A stretch of DNA of 64,000 nucleotides from Acidimicrobiaceae bacterium. Its GTDB lineage: Bacteria > Actinomycetota > Acidimicrobiia > Acidimicrobiales > RAAP-2. The stretch lies in the NCBI GenBank assembly GCA_947372925.1, contig CANBVQ010000001.1, forward strand, positions 54,286 to 118,285. Reading direction: 5' to 3'. Positions 19,012 to 27,919 of the stretch are shown one piece after another (within the stretch, counting starts at the first letter, position 1; each line of letters starts with the position of its first letter). Made by a program: the position numbers and the translations under genes. The notes under the pieces were generated by a model. That model made no database searches. It had not been told where the DNA came from and was given only the letters and a program-made list of their open reading frames with translations.

Positions 19012-20001
19012 GTGCTTAAGTACTTCACAAAACGACTAGTTGCGCTGGTGTTGATCATCACCGCAATTTCCATCGGAAGCTTTTACATGATCCACTTGCT
19101 TCCTGGCGACCTGGCGACGGTCATTCTCGGAAGCGGCAACACCCCCGAGAATAAGAAGAAGTTGTTCGCCCAGTTGGGCCTCGACAAGGGACTTGTTCAC
19201 CAGTACCTCACATGGATGAGCCACGTACTTCGGGGAGACCTTGGTAAGTCCTACATCACTAACGAATCGATTAACACCTCCATCGCCAAGGCCCTTCCGA
19301 TCGACCTCGAAATGATCGTCGTCTCACAGATTGTGGCGTTCGCAGCAGCAATTCCACTGGCGATGAAGGCCGCCAAGAAGCCCAATGGCTTATTTGACCG
19401 TATTAGCAATGGCGTGACATTCGGACTGCTTAGTGTCCCGTCATTCATCATTGTGGTGTATCTAGTACTAATAATCGCCATTAAGTGGCAGGTACCGGGA
19501 ACTGGACCCGCGAGCTTCACCCGTTTTCCGGAATGGAGCTGGCTTTTTAGCGACACCGGCACGTTCTTCACAACACTGAAGGACAATCTGATGAGTTTGC
19601 TCATCCCTTCGCTCACTCTCTCGATTGGCTCTTTCGTTGTCTATTTCCGAGTACTTCGCTCTGACCTAATCGCAACACTCCAAGAGGAATACATCACAAT
19701 GGCACGCTCGAAGGGCCTCTCGCGCCGACGCATCATGTGGCGCCACGCATTCCGACCCTCCTCAGTCGCTCTGCTCGGTACTGCCGGTATCAACATCGGA
19801 GGACTTATCGCGGGTGGCTTCGTAGTCCAATATCTGCTCTCGATTCCCGGACTGGGAAGCCTCTTGATTGCATCCATCACCCTTCAGGACTACTTGGTTA
19901 TCCAGAGCACGGTGTTCGTCGTGGCCGTTGCGGTCATCGTGATCAACTTCGCAGTCGATTTCATCACCACCCTCGTTGACCCAAGGATTGCCCGTGACTA
20001 A
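19012..20001 (+). CDS. Peptide/nickel ABC transporter permease (DppB/OppB-like)
   Basis: HLLPGDLA, QYLTWMSHVLRGDLGKSY and the EAA loop EEYITMARSKGL. GTG start at 19012 after SD AGAGGAG. Confidence 0.9.
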   Translation: MLKYFTKRLVALVLIITAISIGSFYMIHLLPGDLATVILGSGNTPENKKKLFAQLGLDKGLVHQYLTWMSHVLRGDLGKSYITNESINTSIAKALPIDLEMIVVSQIVAFAAAIPLAMKAAKKPNGLFDRISNGVTFGLLSVPSFIIVVYLVLIIAIKWQVPGTGPASFTRFPEWSWLFSDTGTFFTTLKDNLMSLLIPSLTLSIGSFVVYFRVLRSDLIATLQEEYITMARSKGLSRRRIMWRHAFRPSSVALLGTAGINIGGLIAGGFVVQYLLSIPGLGSLLIASITLQDYLVIQSTVFVVAVAVIVINFAVDFITTLVDPRIARD

Positions 20002-20881
20002 TAACGAAGTTGTCATAAACGCCGCTGAGTCCGTTGTGGAGCAGCCGGAGAAGAAAGCTCCCATCGGCATCTTCACCTGGATTTGCGTTGGCTGGCTCGC
20101 CATAAACGTGCTGGTCGCCGTATTGGCCCCATTGCTGCCTATTCCAGACCCCAACGAGATGATCAGTATGCCCGGGATGGGAATGTCGTTCGATCACCTC
20201 ATGGGCACTGATGATTTGGGCCGAGACATCTTTGGTCGCCTTGCCTGGGGATCACGGATTTCACTGGGTGTTGGCATTGGTTCAATGGCCATCGCATTCG
20301 GCGTCGGCGGACCACTAGGCATGCTGGCGGCCTACCGCCGCGGCAAGATGGACGTAATCATGTCTTCGGTGATGTTCACCTTCCTGGCTTTTCCCTCCAT
20401 TATCGCGATCATTGCCGTTCTCTCTTTTTGGACTCCAAGGTCGCTCGGCAAGATCATCATTGTCATCGGAATCTCGTCAATCCCGCTCGTTTACCGAGTA
20501 ATGCGCGCCGCAGCATTGAGTGCTGGTAGCAAGGAATACGTGACTGCGGCACGTGTACAAGGCGCCCGAGACCGACGAATCATCTTCCGTGAGCTCCTGC
20601 CGAACGTCGCACCGACGGGTCTCTCCTTCCTCTTGTTCGGTGTTGCTACGGTCATTGCACTTGAGGGTGTACTTGCCTTCTTGGGACTTTCAATTGCCCC
20701 CGACATCGCACCGTCTTGGGGAAACATGATTAATGACGCCCGTCAATCACTGAACAATGTGCCCCAAAATTGGCCTCTCATCATCTTCCCTTCAGCAATC
20801 CTGTGCCTTTTCATCCTGGCGCTGAACTTTGTTGGAGACCGACTCCGTTCCTACTTCGATGTCACTGAGGTCAAGCTGTGA
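19994..20881 (+). CDS. Peptide/nickel ABC transporter permease (DppC/OppC-like)
   Basis: HLMGTDDLGRDIFGRL, EYVTAARVQGA, FLGLSIAPDIAPSWG. GTG at 19994 after AGGA (the track starts at TTG 19976). Confidence 0.9.
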   Translation: MTNNEVVINAAESVVEQPEKKAPIGIFTWICVGWLAINVLVAVLAPLLPIPDPNEMISMPGMGMSFDHLMGTDDLGRDIFGRLAWGSRISLGVGIGSMAIAFGVGGPLGMLAAYRRGKMDVIMSSVMFTFLAFPSIIAIIAVLSFWTPRSLGKIIIVIGISSIPLVYRVMRAAALSAGSKEYVTAARVQGARDRRIIFRELLPNVAPTGLSFLLFGVATVIALEGVLAFLGLSIAPDIAPSWGNMINDARQSLNNVPQNWPLIIFPSAILCLFILALNFVGDRLRSYFDVTEVKL

Positions 20882-21954
20882 GCCAAGAAATCAATTCAAC
20901 TAATCAGAATCCTGCCGGCGACTTGCTCGTTGTCGAGAATCTCACTACGACATTCCAAACCGCACGAGGTGCGCTACCTGCCGTAGGTGGCGTTAGCTTC
21001 CGACTCGGTGCCAACGAAATTCTCGGTGTTGTAGGGGAATCTGGCTCCGGTAAAACGGTACTCAGTCGAACCATCATGGGTCTGCAGCCTCGTACCAACG
21101 TCGAAGTTGGGGGCTCTGTCCTACTCGACGGACATCAGATTGTTGGAGCCACCGACGAGGATCTGCGCGACATCTGGGGAACAAAAGTCGCGATGATTTT
21201 CCAAGACCCAATGACTTCATTGAATCCTGTCACCAAAATTGGGAAGCAGATTGGCGAATCCCTCCAGGTTCGCCTGGGGATGAATAAGGCTGAGGCGAAG
21301 GCTCGAGTGATCGAGCTACTCACCCTTGTTGGTATTCCATCACCTGAAGAGCGCTACGACGCCTACCCAACGCAGCTGTCTGGTGGTATGCGTCAGCGCG
21401 TCATGATTGCTATCGCCTTGGCCTGCAACCCAACTCTTCTCCTCGCTGACGAGCCCACCACGGGACTCGACGTGACTATCCAGGCGCAAATCCTGAACCT
21501 GCTTGACGAACTTCAGCTCAAGATGAAGATGAGCGTCATCCTCGTAACTCACGACCTAGGCGTCGTAGCCACGCGCACCGACAGAATCATCGTCATGTAT
21601 GCAGGTCGGATTGTCGAGATGGGAACCACCAAAGAGGTTTTCCGTAATCACAAGATGCCCTATACCCGAGCTCTTCTGGAATCGACGCCTCGCGTTTCGA
21701 ATCCAAGCCACACACGCCTTCAGACGATTCCGGGTCGACCACCAAACCTCCTCAAACTGACGGAGGGCTGTGCCTTCGCACCGCGTTGTAGTCGGGCTAC
21801 CGAAAAGTGTTCGCAAGAGAGGCCAACTCTCGAGCCAACTGGCGTCGACGGGCACTATTTCGCCTGTTGGAACCCACTTGAAGATCAAGCAGCACCGGTA
21901 TCGATTCAAACTGGCACCATTAAGGAAATCGGAGAAGACAATGTCCGAGGCTAA
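20878..21954 (+). CDS. Peptide ABC transporter ATP-binding protein (DppD/OppD-like)
   Basis: [24 protein letters not shown] and the C-terminal Cys motif GCAFAPRC...ACW. Confidence 0.92.
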   Translation: MSQEINSTNQNPAGDLLVVENLTTTFQTARGALPAVGGVSFRLGANEILGVVGESGSGKTVLSRTIMGLQPRTNVEVGGSVLLDGHQIVGATDEDLRDIWGTKVAMIFQDPMTSLNPVTKIGKQIGESLQVRLGMNKAEAKARVIELLTLVGIPSPEERYDAYPTQLSGGMRQRVMIAIALACNPTLLLADEPTTGLDVTIQAQILNLLDELQLKMKMSVILVTHDLGVVATRTDRIIVMYAGRIVEMGTTKEVFRNHKMPYTRALLESTPRVSNPSHTRLQTIPGRPPNLLKLTEGCAFAPRCSRATEKCSQERPTLEPTGVDGHYFACWNPLEDQAAPVSIQTGTIKEIGEDNVRG

Positions 21955-22918
21955 TAACAAGGTCGTTCTGTCCGTAAAGGATCTTGAGGTCACGTTCCGT
22001 AAGGGTCGCCAGCGTGTTAGCGCTGTGGCCGGAATATCTTTCGACCTCTACGAGGGGGAAACTCTCGGTCTCGTTGGTGAGTCTGGCTGCGGTAAGTCGA
22101 CCACTGGTCGTGCCCTAATGCAGATTGTGCCTTCCACGGGAGGCCAGATCTTCGTTGATGGTGACGAACTGACGAGCCTGAATAAGGACGAAGCCCGCAA
22201 CCTACGTCGCAAGATGCAGATGATTTTTCAGGACCCAATTAGTTCACTAAACCCTCGTCGACGCGTTAAGGACATCGTGGCAGAGCCACTGGACTGCTGG
22301 AAGTTGGCCAAGGGTGCAGAGCGCGACTCGATTGTTTCCGATCTACTAAACAAGGTCGGCATCGACCCTGCGGTCTACGGCAATCGCTATGCGCGCCAAT
22401 TCTCTGGCGGTCAATGTCAGCGTATTTCGATCGCACGTTCTCTCGCCATGCGGCCACGTTTGCTGATTTGTGACGAGGTGGTTTCGGCTCTTGACGTGTC
22501 AATTCAGGCTCAGATTCTGAATCTGCTCGAGGACCTGAAGAAGGAGTATGGACTAACCATGCTCTTCATTGCACACGACCTTGCAGTGGTCAAGAACATC
22601 TCAGACCGGGTTGCCGTCATGTACCTAGGCAAGCTCTGCGAGATCGGGCCCAGCGACACGTTGTACGCAAAGCCAGCCCACCCGTACACAGAATTCTTGC
22701 TGGGTGCTGCCCTTGAGGCCGATCCTGAGCTCGAGCAGAGCAGCGCCACCTTGGGTGGAGAGCCACCAAGCCCTCTCAACCCACCTAGTGGCTGCCGTTT
22801 CCGTACTCGTTGCCCCTTTGCTACCGAGAAGTGCGCCGCTGAAGAGCCGCAGCTTCGCGACATCGGCGAGGGTCACCAGGTCGCTTGTCACTTCCCTCTC
22901 GTGGGAGCCCACCAGTAA
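21941..22918 (+). CDS. Peptide ABC transporter ATP-binding protein (DppF/OppF-like)
   Basis: GESGCGKST, FSGGQCQR, PAHPYT, GCRFRTRC...VACH. ATG at 21941 after GGAG. Confidence 0.92.
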   Translation: MSEANNKVVLSVKDLEVTFRKGRQRVSAVAGISFDLYEGETLGLVGESGCGKSTTGRALMQIVPSTGGQIFVDGDELTSLNKDEARNLRRKMQMIFQDPISSLNPRRRVKDIVAEPLDCWKLAKGAERDSIVSDLLNKVGIDPAVYGNRYARQFSGGQCQRISIARSLAMRPRLLICDEVVSALDVSIQAQILNLLEDLKKEYGLTMLFIAHDLAVVKNISDRVAVMYLGKLCEIGPSDTLYAKPAHPYTEFLLGAALEADPELEQSSATLGGEPPSPLNPPSGCRFRTRCPFATEKCAAEEPQLRDIGEGHQVACHFPLVGAHQ

Positions 22919-22927
22919 CTAGATAGT

Positions 22928-22966
22928 AAAAAAGCCCCCGACCCTTAGGGTCGGGGGCTTTTTCTT
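22928..22966. terminator. Bidirectional intrinsic terminator between the ABC operon and rpsA
   Basis: Perfect 16-bp inverted repeat AAAAAGCCCCCGACCC (22929-22944), loop TTA, GGGTCGGGGGCTTTTT (22948-22963); a U-tract on both strands. Confidence 0.93.
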
Positions 22967-22973
22967 TGTCGCT

Positions 22974-24341
22974 CTATTCAGCGGCTGGAGCCTCGGCGTC
23001 AGAGGTCTCTGCGACTGGTGCCGCCTCGACTGAACCGTCAGCTGCGGGAGCCTCGACTGCAAACTCCGCCCACGCGGCCTGCGCCTCGGTCTCTGGGGTG
23101 AACTCGCCGTAGTTGATACCACCGATGTAGTTACCCTCAGCGTCGTAGGCGTGCGAACCGAAGGCTTCACGGTACTCCTCCGAGACCTCTCCACCATCGG
23201 CAGCGCCCTTAATCGACAGACTGATGCGTCGACGCTGGGTGTCGAGTTCGATGATCTTGACCCACAGTTCTTCTCCAACGGCAACCACTTGGTCCGGGGA
23301 CTCAACATGGTGTGCTGCGATTTCCGAGATGTGGACAAGTCCTTCGATGCCCTCGCCCACCTGGACGAACACACCGAACGGAACGAGCTTCGTGATGCGT
23401 CCATAGACCAGCTGGTTGACAGCGTGACCATCGGCAAACACCTGCCAAGGGTCGCTCTGAGTCTTACGGAGCGACAGGCTGATCCGTTCCTTGGAGTAAT
23501 CAACTTCCATGACCTCAACTTCGACCTCGTCACCAACGGCCACAACCTGGCTGGGGTGTTCGATGTGGTTCCAGCTGAGCTCAGAAACGTGAATGAGTCC
23601 GTCCATGCCACCAAGGTCCACGAAGGCACCAAAGTTGACCACCGATGAAATGTGGCCACGGCGGCGTTCGCCGGGCTTGAGATTGGTGAGGAAGTCGCCT
23701 CGCTGCTCCTTCTGGCTCTCTTCGAGCCAGGCACGGCGAGAAAGTACGACGTTGTTGCGATTGCGGTCAAGTTCGATGATGCGAGCCTCAACGGTCTTAC
23801 CGATGTATGGCTGCAGGTCACGAACGCGACGCTGCTCTACGAGCGAAGCGGGCAGGAAGCCTCGGAGACCAATGTCTACGATTAGACCACCCTTAACAAC
23901 CTCGATAACGAGACCAGAAACGACCTGGTTGCGGTTCTTGAGGTCTTCGATGTTGGCCCAAGCCTTCTCGTACTGAGCGCGCTTCTTAGAGAGGACCAGG
24001 CGGCCCTCCTTGTCTTCCTTCTGGAGGACGAGCGCTTCGATTTCCTCACCGATCGTGACAATCTCTGAGGGATTGACATCGTTACGGATAGAGAGTTCGC
24101 GCGAAGGAATGACACCTTCGGACTTAAAGCCAATGTCAAGTAGAACTTCATCGCGATCAATTTTGACCACAATGCCCTTCACTAGGTCGCCATCTTCGAA
24201 TTCCAAGATGGTGTCGCCCACGACAGTGGCTAGATCTGTTCCGACCATGTTGTCTTCAGTGACAACGCGGGGAACGTAGTTGCCTTCGGAGTCGAAGGTT
24301 CCCATTGGGACCTTCGAAAGAAGGCCGGAAATTTCAGTCAT
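22974..24341 (-). CDS. rpsA: 30S ribosomal protein S1 (actinobacterial 4-repeat type)
   Basis: Four S1 repeats (DIGFKSEG, DIGLRGFLPASLV, FGAFVDLGGMDGLIHVSELSW, EGLVHISEI), an acidic tail, and SD AAGGA. Confidence 0.97.
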   Translation of the reverse strand: MTEISGLLSKVPMGTFDSEGNYVPRVVTEDNMVGTDLATVVGDTILEFEDGDLVKGIVVKIDRDEVLLDIGFKSEGVIPSRELSIRNDVNPSEIVTIGEEIEALVLQKEDKEGRLVLSKKRAQYEKAWANIEDLKNRNQVVSGLVIEVVKGGLIVDIGLRGFLPASLVEQRRVRDLQPYIGKTVEARIIELDRNRNNVVLSRRAWLEESQKEQRGDFLTNLKPGERRRGHISSVVNFGAFVDLGGMDGLIHVSELSWNHIEHPSQVVAVGDEVEVEVMEVDYSKERISLSLRKTQSDPWQVFADGHAVNQLVYGRITKLVPFGVFVQVGEGIEGLVHISEIAAHHVESPDQVVAVGEELWVKIIELDTQRRRISLSIKGAADGGEVSEEYREAFGSHAYDAEGNYIGGINYGEFTPETEAQAAWAEFAVEAPAADGSVEAAPVAETSDAEAPAAE

Positions 24342-24418
24342 TACAATCCTTACAGCTTGGCCACACCGGGGCCGTCTCGGCTACAGAGCTGAACTACCGG
24401 CGTTAGTTCAGAAGTGCC

Positions 24419-24424
24419 AGCCTA
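24419..24424 (-). promoter_or_regulatory. Probable -10 element (TAGGCT) of rpsA, giving a ~70-nt structured leader
   Basis: AGCCTA on the plus strand at 24419-24424 in the polA-rpsA gap; hairpin at 24389-24411 directly downstream. Confidence 0.5.
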
Positions 24425-24439
24425 CCAGCGTATTCAGGG

Positions 24440-27052
24440 TTATTTCGCCGTGGACCAGTTCGTTCCCCAGTTAAGAGATATCTCCAAAGGAACGGACAGA
24501 CTGGCAGCGCCGGTGAGGGCCGAACGAACAATCTCGGCTACCGCCCCGTGCTCGGACTCCGGGGACTCAACCACAACCTCATCATGGACCTGCAGGACCA
24601 GCCTCGAGGTCAAATTGGCCGCCGAAAGCCCCTGATCAAGACGGACAAGGGCATACTTGAAGATGTCAGCCGCCAGGCCCTGGATACCGGCATTCATCGC
24701 CTGCCGCTCAGCGGCCGCCTTTTGGGGGCCGACCGCGGTGGCCAGGTCTGGGAAGGGTCGAATCCGACCAAATTCAGTACGCGAGAAGCCCTGCGCTCGC
24801 ACTTCATTGATTGCCCGCTCCGTATAGGCCTTAAGACTCGGAAATCCTTCGAAATACTGATTCATAATGGCCTTGGCATCCCCCACCGAGATACCCAGTC
24901 GCTGGGAGAGCCCAAAGGCCTCCATGCCGTATGCCAGGCCGTACGAGACGGCCTTCGCCTGTTCCCGCTGGTCCTTGGTAACTGAGGGCAGTTCTGTGTT
25001 GAAGACAACGGCCGCAATAGCCGTATGTACGTCCTGAGCACTTGCAAAGGCCTCTAAGAGACCGGGGTCTTGGGAAAGGTGGGCCAGAATGCGCAATTCG
25101 ATCTGGTTGTAGTCAGCCACCAAAAATGTCCAACCCTCCCGAGGAATGAAGGCGGTTCGCAGTCGCCGGCCCTCTTCGCTCCGAACGGGAATGTTGTGGA
25201 GATTAGGGGCTTCGGACGAGAGACGACCGGTACGCGCCACCGTTTGGTGGAAAGTTGCATGGATCCGGTCATCATTCGCAACCGTAGCGATTAGCGGCGC
25301 ACCGTAGGTACCTCGGAGTTTGTCAAGTTCTCGGAATCGCAAAATCTCCGGGACAATCTCATGCTCGGTGACGATGGCCTCGAGACTCGAAGCATCTGTT
25401 GAAAATCCAGATTTAATCTTCTTGGTAGGAGTTAGACCAAGCTCTTCGAACAGGACCGTCTGCAATTGTGCCGGCGAGTTAACTTTGAATTCGTGGCCCG
25501 CCATCTCTTGGATTTTGGCGTCGAGCCTTACTACTTCCAGCCCAAAGCCCTCGGCGATGGAGGTCAGCAGTTCGCGATCTACGCGAATTCCCAGCACTTC
25601 CATGCGAGCCAAAACGGCAACCAGTGGCAGCTCGATATCGAAGTACACGCGACCAAGTCCATGCTCTTCAATCGACGTATGCAACGCTTCGTTCAGTTGA
25701 ATACTGTGCGCCAGACGGGCCACAACCTGCTCGTCAGAACTGTCGCCGTCAAATAACGAGGCAGGCGCCGTCGTGAGCACTACGCCTAGATGTTGGGTGA
25801 GTAGAGATTCGAGGGTGTACGCCCCCGAGGCCGAGTCAATGAGGTAACCGGCAATCGTGGTATCCCAAAGTGGAGATGCCGATGCCACACCCATCTCCCC
25901 CAGGGTTCGGTACAGCCCCTTGAGGTCGTGCCCCCCAAGCCTTACGCCTTCCAATTCGGGCGCTACGTCACTTAGATCGCCCACAAAGACCTGCGCTGCC
26001 ATGCTGTCAGTAACGGCAATTCGATTGCCGAGCCACGCCACTAATGCACCGGCCTCGAAATCTAACTTCTTCAGACTGGGAACAACTTCAAGCTCTTTCA
26101 GCTGAAACTGCGGGACCTCAACCGTCGACTCATCAACACCTTCGGGCTGACCAAGTAGACCTTCATTAATGATCCGGTCATAACGGGACTTCATAGCGTT
26201 CATCTCGAACCGTTCGAAGAACGCATTGATTGCGGAACGGTCCCAGGCGCCCAGGTGAAACCTTTCGGGATGGACATCGATTGGCACATCACGGACCAGT
26301 CGCATTACCTCAAGATTCGAACGAGCCAAACCTTGATGGGCCTCCATGTTCTCCCGTAATTTGGGCGTCATAGACGCCGTGGCCCCGAATATGGCATCAA
26401 AATCTGAATATTCAGCGAGGAGCTTTGCTGCCGTCTTCTCGCCGACCCCTGGAACGCCTGGCAAATTATCTGATGGATCTCCTCGCAGGGCGGCCAGCAT
26501 GGGATACCGCGCTGGCTCCACCCCGCATCGGGCAAAAATCCCAGCCTCGTCATAGAGGTCGTAGTCAGAGACCCCTCGCTTGTTATAGAGGACTCGGATG
26601 TAGGGATCTTCTACCAGCTGGAATGAATCTCGGTCCCCGGTAACGACCACGGTAGGAATGTGATTATCCCGACCCCACGTGGCGAGCGTTGCCAACACAT
26701 CGTCAGCTTCGTAGCCGGGAACGCCAATGACTGGAATACCGAGAACCTCGCAGAAGTTGCGGATGAGATCGAATTGGTGATCGAGTTCGATGGGAGTCTC
26801 GGCGCGACCTCCCTTGTAGTCGATGGCCATTTCATCCCGAAATGTGCCACCGGGAAGGTCGAATGCCACTACAAGCGCACGAGGCGTCTGGGATTTGATC
26901 AAGGTATTCAGCATGGAGGCGAAACCATGCAGCGCATTGGTTACCAGCCCCTCGGATGTAGCTATGTCAGTCGAGAGTGCATAAAACGCTCTAAACGCCA
27001 GTGACATCCCGTCCAACAACAGGAGCGGACGAGTGTCCTCCGGGCTACTCAA
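24440..27052 (-). CDS. polA: DNA polymerase I
   Basis: 5'-3' exonuclease (LLLDGMSLAFRAFYA, YEADDVLAT, GDPSDNLPGVPGVGEKTA) plus family A polymerase motifs (ADYNQIELR, KAVSYGLAYG, LQVHDE). TTG at 27052 overlaps the upstream stop. Confidence 0.96.
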   Translation of the reverse strand: MSSPEDTRPLLLLDGMSLAFRAFYALSTDIATSEGLVTNALHGFASMLNTLIKSQTPRALVVAFDLPGGTFRDEMAIDYKGGRAETPIELDHQFDLIRNFCEVLGIPVIGVPGYEADDVLATLATWGRDNHIPTVVVTGDRDSFQLVEDPYIRVLYNKRGVSDYDLYDEAGIFARCGVEPARYPMLAALRGDPSDNLPGVPGVGEKTAAKLLAEYSDFDAIFGATASMTPKLRENMEAHQGLARSNLEVMRLVRDVPIDVHPERFHLGAWDRSAINAFFERFEMNAMKSRYDRIINEGLLGQPEGVDESTVEVPQFQLKELEVVPSLKKLDFEAGALVAWLGNRIAVTDSMAAQVFVGDLSDVAPELEGVRLGGHDLKGLYRTLGEMGVASASPLWDTTIAGYLIDSASGAYTLESLLTQHLGVVLTTAPASLFDGDSSDEQVVARLAHSIQLNEALHTSIEEHGLGRVYFDIELPLVAVLARMEVLGIRVDRELLTSIAEGFGLEVVRLDAKIQEMAGHEFKVNSPAQLQTVLFEELGLTPTKKIKSGFSTDASSLEAIVTEHEIVPEILRFRELDKLRGTYGAPLIATVANDDRIHATFHQTVARTGRLSSEAPNLHNIPVRSEEGRRLRTAFIPREGWTFLVADYNQIELRILAHLSQDPGLLEAFASAQDVHTAIAAVVFNTELPSVTKDQREQAKAVSYGLAYGMEAFGLSQRLGISVGDAKAIMNQYFEGFPSLKAYTERAINEVRAQGFSRTEFGRIRPFPDLATAVGPQKAAAERQAMNAGIQGLAADIFKYALVRLDQGLSAANLTSRLVLQVHDEVVVESPESEHGAVAEIVRSALTGAASLSVPLEISLNWGTNWSTAK

Positions 27053-27617
27053 CGTGAGTGCCCGCAATAATCTCTTGGGCTACGTCGCGCATCCTTCGTC
27101 GAGATTTCATTGCCGACTGCTGAATCATCTCAAAGGCGTCACTCTCGGCTAAACCTCGTGTCGCCATCAAATGTTCCTTGGCCTGCTGAACTATCTCCCG
27201 CGTTTCGATCTTGTCGTCCACAATCGGAGACTCTGGCGCCTCCAGATTCAATGGCTCAGGCTTGTTCAATATTGAGGCCAACTTTGGCAGCAACTCCGCA
27301 CTACGGAACGGCTTCACGAGGTAGGCCGAGACACCGGCGTCACGGGCATTTTCAATTAGCTCACGCTGGGAGAAGGCAGTGAGTAGCACCACCGTTGTCG
27401 GCAGCGACTGGACGAGGCGCGCCACCTCAATACCGTCGAGTCCGGGCATCTTGACGTCAAGGAGCGCTAGGTCGGGCAGCAGGTCGCGAATCAACTCCGC
27501 TGCGTCATCCCCACGTGCGGCCTCACCGACTACGTCGTAACCTGCGGACTCCAATATTTCTTTGAGATCCAATCGAATAATCGATTCATCATCAGCAATA
27601 ACAACGCGTGTAGTCAC
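27045..27617 (-). CDS. pdtaR: ANTAR-domain response regulator, PdtaR-like
   Basis: Receiver domain (IADDE, LLDVKMP, LLTAFS, LVKPF) plus ANTAR (IVQQAKEHLM...AFEMIQQSAMKSRRRMRDVA). Position next to polA and tRNA-Leu as in other actinobacteria. GTG at 27617. Confidence 0.85.
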   Translation of the reverse strand: MTTRVVIADDESIIRLDLKEILESAGYDVVGEAARGDDAAELIRDLLPDLALLDVKMPGLDGIEVARLVQSLPTTVVLLTAFSQRELIENARDAGVSAYLVKPFRSAELLPKLASILNKPEPLNLEAPESPIVDDKIETREIVQQAKEHLMATRGLAESDAFEMIQQSAMKSRRRMRDVAQEIIAGTHVE

Positions 27618-27910
27618 GACACCACCTTGGGTTCCCATTCAATCATCAAATCATCCAAAATCTGTTCCAGCTGGGTTTTACGGCTCCGCTGCTCCGCGAG
27701 CGCCGCCCTGGCGAGATCGCACTGTCGAGCCACCCCAGAAAGCTCAGAGGTGGCCTGAGGCGTCTCGCTGACCAGAGCACGCACGTGGAGCTCCTCACGC
27801 ATCTCTTCCCACGTAGCCAACTGCTCTGTGAGTGCTCGGATCTGCTCGTCAATGGAGAGAATGCCCCTGGTGGCCTCTTCAACCTGTTTGGCGACGCGTC
27901 CCTGCTTCAT
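27614..27910 (-). CDS. Hypothetical coiled-coil protein (98 aa)
   Basis: Heptad-like helical sequence around a central RALVSETP; -10 box TAGAAT 6 nt upstream; GTGA coupling to the regulator. Confidence 0.7.
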   Translation of the reverse strand: MKQGRVAKQVEEATRGILSIDEQIRALTEQLATWEEMREELHVRALVSETPQATSELSGVARQCDLARAALAEQRSRKTQLEQILDDLMIEWEPKVVS

Positions 27911-27919
27911 GCGGTAATT

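Noticed and set aside
21770-21940. 5' extension of the DppF-like ORF
   Set aside because: It overlaps the dppD coding region; an SD-supported ATG is at 21941.
22919-23821. 300-aa alternative-frame ORF inside rpsA that crosses the terminator
   Set aside because: Ser/Arg/Pro/Thr-rich with no motifs; expected from the strong codon bias of rpsA, and it would be cut by the terminator.
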